DNA from: Gemmata obscuriglobus
Lineage (GTDB): Bacteria; Planctomycetota; Planctomycetia; Gemmatales; Gemmataceae
Length of the DNA stretch: 32,000 bases
Direction: 5' to 3'
Assembly: GCF_008065095.1 (NCBI RefSeq)
Contig: NZ_CP042911.1
Coordinates: forward strand, 6,060,001 to 6,092,000
Shown here: positions 8,769 to 18,400 of the stretch, one piece after another
How the letters are laid out: every line of letters begins with the position of its first letter
Position numbering within the stretch: the stretch's first letter is position 1
Made by a program: the position numbers and the translations under genes
The notes under the pieces: generated by a model
Told to the model about the DNA's origin: nothing
What the model saw: only the letters and a program-made list of their open reading frames with translations
Databases searched by the model: none

Positions 8769-9076
8769 GCACCAGCGGCGCACGGGTGCGCCCGGATCAC
8801 CGTCGAATCGAGGATCAACCACTCCAGGTCCGGATCCTGGAGCGCATCGAACAGCTTCTGCCAGAGCCCCGCTCGGGACCAACGGTCGAACCGCTTCCAC
8901 ACCCCGTTCCAGTCCCCGAACCGGTCCGGCAGGTCACGCCACGGGATCCCGGTCTTGCCCACGAACAGAACCGCATCGATGAACCGCCGCTTGGTTCCCG
9001 CCGGACCATACTTGGGCAGCAGCGGCTCAATGCGAGCCCAGTCGGCGTCCGAAATGGTGTGGCGGGACCGCATCAA
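8678..9076 (-). CDS. IS5-family transposase OrfA
   Basis: MMRSRHTISDADWARIEPLLP...GIPWRDLPDRFGDWNGVWKRFDRWSRAGLWQKLF is the typical IS427-group N-terminal domain. It overlaps orfB in the -1 frame. The candidate slippery site is the A5 run (plus-strand T5 at 8763-8767). Confidence 0.8.
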   Translation of the reverse strand: MMRSRHTISDADWARIEPLLPKYGPAGTKRRFIDAVLFVGKTGIPWRDLPDRFGDWNGVWKRFDRWSRAGLWQKLFDALQDPDLEWLILDSTVIRAHPCAAGAKNSPTEPEAKRSRRWAEAGAGSELRSTSE

Positions 9077-9233
9077 TAGCTCTCCAAATCGAGGGGAGCT
9101 AAAATAGTCATATTCGCGTTTCTGTCCACACGCCCTAGGTTATCGAGTCGCGCAGTCACCTGGGCCGCGCCGACGCGCAGCTTCGACCGGTTGCATGGGG
9201 ATGTGTTTTCGGCGGGTATGATATCGGTCGTGA

Positions 9234-10156
9234 CTACGACGTGTCATCCGCGTGGCCCGGTCCCGACGGGGGCTCAATCAACTCGTCCAGGCGTGGCCGC
9301 CGGAACCCGACGGCCAGGGCCTGGTACACGTCCCGCATGAACGACACCTCGAACGACGCGAACAGGTGCCGCACCCCGTCCCACACCGCGACCAGCGCGC
9401 CCTTCTTCACGACCGCCGCCTGGAACAGGGAGGGCACATCTGCTGCACCTGGTCGATCAGGAACGCCACGAGCATCAGGTGCGCCAGCACCACCGACAGG
9501 TGGTTGTCCCCGTGACCGAAGTTGTGCTCGAAGTGGTACCCCTGGTTCTTGAGCGTGTTGAACGTCTCGTTCTCGATCCGCCACCGGGCCCGCCCGGCCC
9601 CGGCCAGTTGCCCCACGTTCCCCGCGTGCACCGCCCGGTCCGTCACCCAGGTCCACTCCCCGTGTGTCCCATCCGGGCGCGCGTCCATCAGGTGCAGGAA
9701 CGTGACCTTCACGGCCGCGTTCGACGCGTTCAGGGGCACGTCGGTGATCCACAGGTAGCTGCGACGGGCCCCGGTTTTCGTGTCTACGTCCTCGGCCATC
9801 TCGAACGCGTTCTGGTCCTGACGTTGGCACACGTGCCCGAACAGGTGCGCGTGGTCCGTGGGCTTGACGCCCAGGAGGAAATGGCACTTCGCCTGGTAGA
9901 GGTCCCGGGCGCACGGGGCGTTGCTGCTCAACGCGTCCTCGACCACCAGCACCGGCAGGTCCGGGTGGTCCTCGCGGAACCGGCTCAACCACCGCCGGGC
10001 CGCGTTCCGCTCGCAGTCGTTCTTGGTCCCCCCGTCAGCCCGCTGGATCGGCTCGGGGGCCAGGGCCAGGACCTCGGAGGAGTCCGGGTGAACGACCGCG
10101 GCCCCGAGCATCTGGTGGTAGTAGGACACGGCCCCGTTGGCGTGCCGGCGGGTCAT
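9234..10156 (-). pseudogene. IS4-superfamily (ISNCY-like) DDE transposase, N-terminally truncated and frameshifted
   Basis: Contains ...CPHCMTRRHANGAVSYYHQMLGAAVVHPD...RWRIENETFNTLKNQGYHFEHNFGHGDNHLSVVLAHLMLVAFLIDQVQQMC. The C-terminus (LFQAAVVKKGALVAVWDGVRHLF...) is in another frame, shifted at CCCTCCC near 9430. The frame is open upstream of 10156, but the expected ~150 N-terminal residues are missing. Confidence 0.7.
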
Positions 10157-10249
10157 GCAGTGCGGGCAATGGGGTGTGATCTGGCTGGTGCGCGCTTTCG
10201 AGCCGTTTTCGAGTGCGCGTCGGCGTTGCGATGCCGGGAGTTCGATTGA

Positions 10250-11915
10250 GGTTGTTCGTTGAGTGCCGGATTGGGGTGGGCAACGCCGCGTCCGGCGGGC
10301 GGAATGGAGGTACCTCTACAACCACACGCCCCGCACGGACGCGACGATGACTTACAGTACCCACTTGGCCACGCTCCTGTCCACCGGGGCTGTTGCGCCC
10401 GACGCCCCCGCGACCTTGCTCCCCCAGGAGATCCGCCCGCAACTCGAGAACCGGCTCGCGGAGCACTTCCGCGCCCTCGTGCGAGAGGTCGTCACCTTCT
10501 GCGCGCAACCGATCAGCCCGACGACCGTGTTCGAACTCGAGCACCGCATCGAAGCTCGACTCAAGGAACTGGGCCGGGAAGCGATGGCGTGCGTGTGCAA
10601 CGGGCTCGAAGGGGGCGACCCGGACGCGTTGCCTTCCCACCTCCCGTCCGGAGGTGACGAGCTCCGCCTCCATAAGGCGAAGACGCGTCGGCACGTGGAC
10701 ACGCTGTTCGGCCCGATCGACCTGTGGCGGCACCTGTATCGCCCGGTCCATCGGGACTCGGCGGAGCGGGCGGTTGCCCCGCTGGCCCGGACCCTCGGAG
10801 TGGTCGCGAACGCCACCCCGGCACTGGCCGAGCGGGCCGGCCGATACCTGGCCGAAGCCGGGGCCACGCAACACGTGGTGCACGCGCGGTTGCGGGCTCA
10901 GCACCATGTGTCGATGGGGACGGCGCGCCTGCGCACCCTGGCCGCCCATCTGTCCGGGGAGATGGCCGAGGCCCGTCAGCCGCTTCAGGTCGCCAAGCGG
11001 TTGGACCTGCTGGACCGCGCCAACCGCGGGGGCGGGAGCCGCAAGGCGGCGCTGAGCGTGGGGCGGGACGGGATCACGCTGCGGGAGTACCGACACCGGT
11101 TGTACGAGGTCGCCGCGTGCGCCACGGTGACGGTGATCGACCGGGCCGGGAAGCGGCTCGGGACCGTCTACCTGGGGTGCGTGCCGGAACACGGTCCGGG
11201 GGCGGATGAGTGCCCACCTGACCGCGCGGATCGAGGCCGTGTTGCGCCGCTGGACCGGGCCGGTGCCGCGCCTGGCGTACGTGACCGACGCGGGGGATAA
11301 CGAGACCGGGTATTACAACTGGGTGCTGCGGACTATGACGCACCCGCGGACCGGTGAGCCCCTGGCGTGGCAGCGGGTGGTCGATTTCTATCACACGATG
11401 GAGCGGGTGTGGACGATGGCCGGGGCGTTGTTCGGCGAAGGTACGCCCGCGGCGCGGGGCTGGGCGCGGCGTATGGGTGGGCTGTTGAAGAAGCCCAACG
11501 GCCCGTTCCGGGTGCTGCACGCAGCGGCCGCAATACGGTCCCGGCGGGTGCTGAGCCCGGCGGCGAAGAAGGAGTACGAGACGGCGTATCGGTACATCCG
11601 GGAGCGGACGCCGTGGATGCCGTATCACGAGTACAAGAGACGGCACCTGCCGCTGGAGAGCGGGATCACGGAGGCCGCGTGCAAAACGATCTTCACCCAG
11701 CGGCTGAAGCTGTCCGGGATGCGGTGGACCAAGGCGGGGGCGCAGGTGATCTTGGACCTGCGCGTGATGTTGCTCAGCGGGGTATGGTGTGAGGGCTACA
11801 GGCATGTACTCACAACGTATGCCGAGAACGAGTTACGGACTCCCGAACCGCAGCACGAAATTCCCATGCAAATGGCCGCGTGATCGGCGCAACAGTGGGA
11901 CCACACCCTTGGCGC
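10250..11915 (+). mobile_element. ISKra4-like insertion sequence, copy 2 (ends not resolved)
   Basis: It contains the second split transposase. It sits between the truncated ISNCY-like gene and the intact stop of the 1146-aa gene, so the right end must lie within 11884-11915. I could not identify convincing terminal repeats. Confidence 0.35.
10347..11883 (+). pseudogene. ISKra4-like transposase, copy 2, frameshifted
   Basis: Part 1 runs from ATG 10347 (or the alternative start at 10263) to ...TVYLGCVPEHGPG. Part 2 reads MSAHLTARIEAVLRRW...YVTDAGDNETGYYNWVL...VVDFYHTMERVW...ESGITEAACKTIFTQRLKLSGMRWTKAGAQVILDLRVMLLSG. The two join by a +1 shift at the G5 run near 11190-11200. Confidence 0.65.
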
Positions 11916-14900
11916 CTACACATGTCCGCTTTCGCGGAGGTGGGTGGTCATGTCGCGGTGCACCCGGCGGCGGATCAAGAACTCGTCCTCGTCGAGCCAC
12001 GCCCGCACCGCCGTTCCGAGCGTGAACTCGTCGGTCACGACCGAGCGTACTACGGCGTCGATCAGGCGCAACGGTTGGAGCGTGAAGTAGCAGTTCGTGG
12101 ACCCGCTTACCGTCACCCGGTCGAGCCGCTGGAACAGTTCTTCGAGCCGCCCCAGGGCGATCCCTGCCGGCGCGAAACCCAACGCCTCGGCGTAAGCCAG
12201 CGCGACAGCAGTTCGCGCGGCCGGGTCGGGGGAGGCTAACTCGAAGAGGTACTTACGGGCGGCGTCGAGGATGCGGATTCCGGCCTCCTCGTCACCCGCC
12301 GCGAACCATCCGACCGCCAGCCCGACCTTCTCAACGGTCGGCGTCTGGTCGAGCCACCCGGCCCGCGCCGGGTCGAGCACGCTCATCAGGGCTTCGGCCT
12401 CGGCCGCCAGCCCGAACTTGCGCGCGGCCCGGAACACCCGCGGCGCAGCCGCGGTCGCCGCTGGCAGGAGCGGCCCGGCGGCCGCCCCGCGTGTGACGTG
12501 TTGCAGGACCACGCTGGCCAACGGCCCGACCGGCGCCAGTGCCAACGCCGATCCGATGATCCGCGCCTGATACCGGGACACGCGCTGCGGCCGCTCGGCG
12601 TCGGTCCAGCGCCCGCCCCGGACCCAGGCTTCGAGCCAGTCGAGCGCCGCCGGTACGCGCTCGATCAGCGCGCTCAACTGCGGGTGCTCCAGTGTCGCGC
12701 CGGCTTCGAGCAGCGCGAACACCACCCGCGGCACGGTGGCGGTGGTCGGCTGGGAGGCGATCAGCGCGATCAGCGCGCGCGCCTCCTCGTTCACGTACGC
12801 CGGATCAGTTTGAGAGCCCAGTAGCGCGAGCCGCTCACCGAGCCGGTCCGGCCCCCAGAATTCTTTCAGGTCGCGGCCGTGGTACGCGCTCACCTGCCCG
12901 AGCGGTTGCAGGATGCGGCTGTGCTCGCGCAACCGGTCCACGGAATACCGCGCGAACTCGTGCAACCGGTCGAGCCGCTCCTGGAACTCTGCCGGGAGCG
13001 CGGCCTTCGGCGCCGCGCCCTCGTGAGCGTCCTTGATTCGGTGCAGGAACAGGTCGCCGAGCAGCGCGTGAGCGGCCGGGTCGGCACGTGGGCCGCCGGC
13101 GCGGGACAGGGCCTTCCGCGCGCGGGCGGCCCAGTCCCGCGCCGGCGCCCGCTCCCCCAGCGCCCCCAGGCCCCACGCCAGCATGAATTGCGCGTACACC
13201 GCCGTCGCCTCGGTCTCGGCCTCAAGCCCGGTCCATTCGAGCCGCGCTCCGCCCGCGTGCCGCTGCACCCATTTGAGGATCGGCTCCTTTTGGTGGGTCA
13301 GCCATTCGCGCGCGGTCTTGAACCGCTCTGCGGTGGCGGCGCCGCGGAACCGCAGGAACGACGGCTCGTCGAGGTCCAGCCCGGGACCGCGGTGGTGCAA
13401 CCGGTGGATGATCCGGTCGCGCCACCGCGCCAGCCCCAGCACGTCGCCGTTCGTGGCACGAGCCACTGCAAGCCGGGCGAGCCAAGCCCCCCTTACCGGG
13501 ATGTCCTCGAAGTGCTGGTCCAGGACTGCGAGGACCCGCGGGAGGTCGCTCGCGAACCCCGCGGGCGGGACCGCGGCCCACCCCGCACACGCGGCCAGCG
13601 ACGCCACGACGCGCCCGGTGCCGGGGCGCCCGGGTTCCGCCAGCCAGCGCTCCAGTTCTGCGGCGCGGTCGCCCGGCTTTGCCGCGGCCCGCTCCGCCGC
13701 GGCCCACTCCTCAAGCCATTCTGGCGGTGGAACCGGGCACTCCCAGATCGCGTTCACCCAGCACACTGCGGCGTCGAGCGCCCGTCCGGTCGCGCCGTAC
13801 ACGTTGGCCAGTTCCGCCCACCGTGCGGCGCGCTGGTCCGGCTCGAGCGTGGAGAAGTCTGATAGCAAACGGCTTTCCAGTCGGTGCCGGTGGGCCGCAC
13901 GGTCGTGCCCGTGCAGCAGCGCGTCCGCCGAGCTGAGTTTCTGCTCGACCCGAGTAACGGTTGGAGCGGCGGTCAGTGTCCGCTTCTGTCCCGCGGCAAG
14001 TTCCGGCCTGGCCCCAGGCTCCGTTGGTCCGGTGCTGCGTGCGGCGCGCCCGCTGACCCACCGCACGATCCGGCCGACGGACTTCGCGACCCAGCCCGGT
14101 GGCGCGTCGGTCGGAACGGACGGCTCTTCGATCACCCGTTCCAACACGTCGGGTTCTGGTTCGGTAACGGGTTCGACCCGCAGCGCGAATCGGTCGAGCG
14201 CGAAGACATCCGCGTTGATCCGGTCAGCCACGAGTATAGTAGCAGCAGGGGGCACGTATTCCAACTGATCGCACAGCGGGCGAAACAGTTCGAGCGCGGC
14301 CGAATTGATCGTGAAAGCACCTTCACGAGAGGGCTCGAGCCAGGTGAGACGGTCCGCTCGCAGCCCGAGTTCGCGCCCGACCTCGCTCGCACGGGTGATC
14401 GGTCGGAGCGCCCGCCCGACCGGCACGAACAGCCCCGGCAGGCGCGGGTCGCACTGATACCCCGGCACTGCCAGGGGCAGTCCGGGGCTGTCATCGCTTG
14501 GCGTGTGTCGGATCACGATTCGCTCGCGCCCGCCGGCTTCGAGCGTTGCGATCTGGAACCGTCGCAGCAACCGCTCGTCGGCACTGCGGCAGAAGTCGCC
14601 GAACGCACCCAGTTCGGGGGGGCTGAGCACCCAGAGTGATTCGGCACCGGCCGGCTCCGTGCCCCGCAACCGGAGTTGCACCTCGATCGCCGCTGGCGCG
14701 GGCGCTTCTACTGCGGCGTTCGGGCGACGGTGCAACGGATACTCGTCGTCCGCAGCGGTGGGCACCGGCTCGCGGTACAGGACAATACCGGCCGGTTCGC
14801 AGAGGAGGACGCACGACGGAGGGAGGGGCAGGTGCCCGGCGAGCGGGTGCTCCCAACCCCGCGCGGTCCACACGCCCGGCGCCTGTTGGCGGAACGCGCG

Positions 14901-15356
14901 CACCGCCGTGTCCGGTTCTTCGGTCCAAAGGAGGACGGCTGCGGGCGGGGTGGGCGCGGTCACCCAGGCGCGGCCGGCGTGGGGCTCGGACAGCAGTCGG
15001 ATTCCGAGCGGCCCGGCCCGCAAGCGCCGCAGCCGCGCAACGAACGCGGCCAGTTGCTTGTCCGGAATGCTGAACAGCACCGGCCCCGGCGCGGGGGCAC
15101 TCTTCCTGAGTGGAAGCAGTTCGGCCCAACAGCGGATCGGTTCGGCCGGCGCGCCTGGTGAGCCGACCGCCACCACACCGAACCGTCCGATCGCCGCGAG
15201 CACATCGCGCGGTGGTAGTTGGTCCAGTTCGACCCAGATGCGCCCGGTGTCGTCCCGGCCCGCGCGCCCCGGTACACCCGTAACGCAGCTCGGCACCAGC
15301 CCGCTGGCCAGCGCGAGTCGAAGAGCGTCCGGATTCGGGAAAAAGAGCGCGGGCAT
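11916..15356 (-). CDS. Large uncharacterised protein, paralog B (1146 aa)
   Basis: The track ORF extends to 15659, but homology to paralog A starts at ATG 15356 (MPALFFPNPDALRLALASGLVP vs MILLFPDLDTVRLALTTGIVP). It is colinear with paralog A along its whole length. It is very Arg/Ala/Pro-rich and Lys-poor. Confidence 0.8.
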   Translation of the reverse strand: MPALFFPNPDALRLALASGLVPSCVTGVPGRAGRDDTGRIWVELDQLPPRDVLAAIGRFGVVAVGSPGAPAEPIRCWAELLPLRKSAPAPGPVLFSIPDKQLAAFVARLRRLRAGPLGIRLLSEPHAGRAWVTAPTPPAAVLLWTEEPDTAVRAFRQQAPGVWTARGWEHPLAGHLPLPPSCVLLCEPAGIVLYREPVPTAADDEYPLHRRPNAAVEAPAPAAIEVQLRLRGTEPAGAESLWVLSPPELGAFGDFCRSADERLLRRFQIATLEAGGRERIVIRHTPSDDSPGLPLAVPGYQCDPRLPGLFVPVGRALRPITRASEVGRELGLRADRLTWLEPSREGAFTINSAALELFRPLCDQLEYVPPAATILVADRINADVFALDRFALRVEPVTEPEPDVLERVIEEPSVPTDAPPGWVAKSVGRIVRWVSGRAARSTGPTEPGARPELAAGQKRTLTAAPTVTRVEQKLSSADALLHGHDRAAHRHRLESRLLSDFSTLEPDQRAARWAELANVYGATGRALDAAVCWVNAIWECPVPPPEWLEEWAAAERAAAKPGDRAAELERWLAEPGRPGTGRVVASLAACAGWAAVPPAGFASDLPRVLAVLDQHFEDIPVRGAWLARLAVARATNGDVLGLARWRDRIIHRLHHRGPGLDLDEPSFLRFRGAATAERFKTAREWLTHQKEPILKWVQRHAGGARLEWTGLEAETEATAVYAQFMLAWGLGALGERAPARDWAARARKALSRAGGPRADPAAHALLGDLFLHRIKDAHEGAAPKAALPAEFQERLDRLHEFARYSVDRLREHSRILQPLGQVSAYHGRDLKEFWGPDRLGERLALLGSQTDPAYVNEEARALIALIASQPTTATVPRVVFALLEAGATLEHPQLSALIERVPAALDWLEAWVRGGRWTDAERPQRVSRYQARIIGSALALAPVGPLASVVLQHVTRGAAAGPLLPAATAAAPRVFRAARKFGLAAEAEALMSVLDPARAGWLDQTPTVEKVGLAVGWFAAGDEEAGIRILDAARKYLFELASPDPAARTAVALAYAEALGFAPAGIALGRLEELFQRLDRVTVSGSTNCYFTLQPLRLIDAVVRSVVTDEFTLGTAVRAWLDEDEFLIRRRVHRDMTTHLRESGHV

Positions 15357-15392
15357 GACCTGAAGTGTAGTCTCGGGGAGTAAAGAGGGGTA

Positions 15393-15439
15393 CGAAATCC
15401 GCACGAAGCGCCCGCCAGGGTGGCTCCGTGCGGATTTCG
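15393..15439 (-). other. Intergenic stem-loop between the two giant paralogs
   Basis: Perfect 13-bp inverted repeat CGAAATCCGCACG (15393-15405) / CGTGCGGATTTCG (15427-15439) with a 21-nt loop. The loop itself contains GCCA-GGG-TGGC. No U-tract follows on the transcribed strand. Confidence 0.6.
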
Positions 15440-15472
15440 CGCTTCTGCTCCCGAACCGGCGTGGCGGAACGG

Positions 15473-18400
15473 TTAGAGGTTGTTCTTCTCCAGGTTCTTC
15501 TTCATGTCCGCGTGGATGCGGCGGCGGACGAGGTACTCGTCGTCGTCGAGCCAGCGGCGGCCGGACGGCCCCAGCGCCGCGTCGTCGTTGACGACGGAGC
15601 GGATCACGTCCTCTACGAGGTTCAGGTGGAACCGCGAGTAGTACTGTGCGGTGGTCCACGTGTTCGTGATCTTCGCCGGGGACATCTTCTTGAACAGCTC
15701 GATCATCCGCACCACGGCGACCTCGGCCGGGCCCTGGCCCAGCGCGGTGACGTAGGCCCGCGCCAGTTCTGTATAGTCCTTCGGTTGCAGCGAGACGGCG
15801 GTCGCCCCGAGTAGCTCCTCACGCGCCAGCTCGAGGATCGGGTTGGCCCGGTCCTGCCGACCGAAGTGCAGCCACCCGCCCGCGAGGTTCAACTGCGTTT
15901 GCAGCACGGCGGCCCACATCTCGGGCTTAGCCTGGTACTTCTTCTTCAGCTCCGTCGGCGTCGCCCCGCCCAAGATCTCGCTGTGCAGCTTCGTCAGGAA
16001 CCGGTCGATCTCGTTCGACAGCCCGAGCCGCCGCAGGTTCCGCATGCACTCGTTGGCGACGACGTTGATGAGCTTGAACTTCATCTCCGGCGGCTTCGCG
16101 TGGACGAGCGCCGTGAAGTCGTCCACCAGCTTCTTCACGAGGTCGTCGCGGTTGAAGTGGCCGGCGTGGAACATCGCCCTCTCAAGCAGTTCGCCCTGCT
16201 TCTTCGGCAGGTCCGCCGCCTCGTTGGCCCCGCCCGCGCCTTGGAGCGCCGCGGGCACCAGGTTGAGCAGTTCCACCGTGAACGTTTCGTTCACGTGCAG
16301 CGAGGCCAGCGGCAGGCCCTCGTGCAGCACGTGGAACTGCACCTCCTTCTGCGTCTTCCCGCTGACCCCCTCCTTGTACAGTTTGCGGATGCGGTCCGCG
16401 AGTTTGTTCGGGTCCTTGATGGTGTGCAGGTCCGCGAGTTCTTTCTTCAGCGGGTCCTGGTTCTTGGTCCAGTAGCTGTACGGGTCGAGGCGCTCCTGCG
16501 GCGACAGGATGCGCGACTGCTCGCGGAGCCGGCCGATCACGTACTCCCCGCGGAGGAACGGGTTGTTCGTGCCGCCGCTGCGGGCCTTACTGCTCAGGTC
16601 CTCCAGTTCCTGCATGATCTCGGCGGACAGTTGCCCGGTCGGCGGTTTGCCCGCGAGCACCTGCTCGATGCGGTACTTAAACGCTTTGTAGACGAAGTTG
16701 CTGGAGACCGCGGACACCACCTGCTCGAACAGCTTGAGGTCCTGCCACGACGAAGGAACCGGCTTCTCCAGCACCTTGCGGGCGTCCTCCAGCAGCTTCT
16801 TGGCCTGGCTCGCCTCGCCCAACTTGCCGACCGCGAACGCGAACAGTAGGTCCACGAGCGGGTGGTTCGCTTTCAGGTGTTCGTTCTTCTGGGCCGCGGC
16901 GGAGTCGTCGAGCCACTTGCGGATGGTGCCGTGCAGCTCCATCGCCTTGTCCCGCACCACCCGCATGCGCTCGGAGTCCTTGACCCCGGCGACGCGGAGG
17001 AAGTACGGCAGGTCGCGCTCCGCCTGGAGCCCCTGTTCGAGCAGCCGCTTGAGCAACCGGTCGCGGACCCGGGCCAGCCCGAGGACATCCGCGCCGGCGA
17101 GTTGCGCGAGCCGGAAGCCGGCCAGCCAGACCGCCCGCACGGGCAGCGAGCCGTCATTGGTCTCCAGATAGTTCTGGAGCGCCGGCAGCCGGGCCATGAG
17201 CCACGGCGGCACCGGGTTCTGCGCCGCCAGCCATAAGAACGCGGCCACGACCCGGCGCGAGTCCTCGAGCCCGCTGCCGGTGTGGTTCAGGAGCTTGTCG
17301 AACTCGGGCGCGGTGATGGTGGCGCCCGCGGCGGGCACCTCACTGCGGACCCAGCGCCCGAGCCACTCGGGGGGCAGCGGGTCGGAGTCCCACAGCGCGT
17401 CCAGCCAACAGATCGCGGCGTCCATCTGGTGCTTGCCGCTGCCGGTGTAGGCGGCGGCGAGTTCGGGCCACATGCCGACCCGCTCCGGGGCGTCGAGCGG
17501 ACCTTCGAGCGCGAGGAACTCCTGCTCGAGTTCCTTCGCCCGCACCTCCCACTCGTTCGGCTTGCGCACCTCCTCGACCGGCGGCAGGAACTCTGCGGTC
17601 GCGCCCGGCTTGCCCGGCGCCGCCTTACTCTTGGCCGGCCCTTTTGCGGCCGGAGCGGCGGCCTTGGAGCCTTTAACGTCGTCGTCTTTTTCCTTCGGGT
17701 CCTTGTCGCCCTTGTCCGGCTTGTTCTTCGGCCGGTCGATCTCGCGGCACTGGAACGCGTCGAAATCGAACCGGGTGGCCTCGATCCAGGCGGAGAGCGC
17801 CTTCTGCTCGGCCTCAATGACGTAGTCCACCCAGTCCTCGAGCGAGCGGAACGCCGCGTCGGGCACGAACTCGGGGGTGAAGCCGCCCTTCGAGCCGGGC
17901 GCGTCCGTGCCCGGCTCGTCCGGATACAGCCACACGACCTGGTCGGCGTCGTCGGCCAGGAGCTTGCGAACCGCGTCCCGGCGCAGCGTTGGGTGGAGCC
18001 GCTTGCCGACCGGCAGGAACAGGTTCGGGAGCTTCCAGTACGGCTTGAACGCCAGCGCGTTGTCGAGCGCCAGCACCGGGGGCGTGAGCTTCGACGGGCG
18101 GACCCGCAGCACCACCGTCCGGCCCCCGCTGGCGTCGGTCGCGACGGCGAACATGAGGCGCTGGAGCAGGCGGTCGTCGGAGTCGCGCACGAGCGTGTCG
18201 AGCTGCTCGATGGCGTTCTCGCGGAGCACCCACAGCTCGGCGGTCTCGCTGGCGGTGCCCGGCGCGAGCCGCAGCGGCACCTGCATCTTCTTGGGCGCTT
18301 TGGTCTCGCTCCAGCCGACCGGCGCCGCCGGCAGTTTGAACTGGAGGTTGTCGTACACGTCCTGGAACGGGGCCTCGTCCAGGTACACCCACTCGCGCGG

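Larger units (their letters stand above)
8191..9136 (-). mobile_element. IS5-family (IS427/IS1031-like) insertion sequence
   Basis: Inverted repeats GGGCGTGTGGACAG (8191-8204) and CTGTCCACACGCCC (9122-9135/6) are flanked as C-TA-[IS]-TA-G, the CTAG/TA target pattern typical of this group. It has a two-ORF transposase. The length is about 843 bp once the 103-bp internal insertion is discounted. Confidence 0.85.

Noticed and set aside
15357-15659. N-terminal extension of giant paralog B that overlaps the 3' end of paralog A by 187 bp.
   Set aside because: Alignment with paralog A starts exactly at ATG 15356. The extension is Arg/Pro-rich junk and contains the intergenic 13-bp hairpin.
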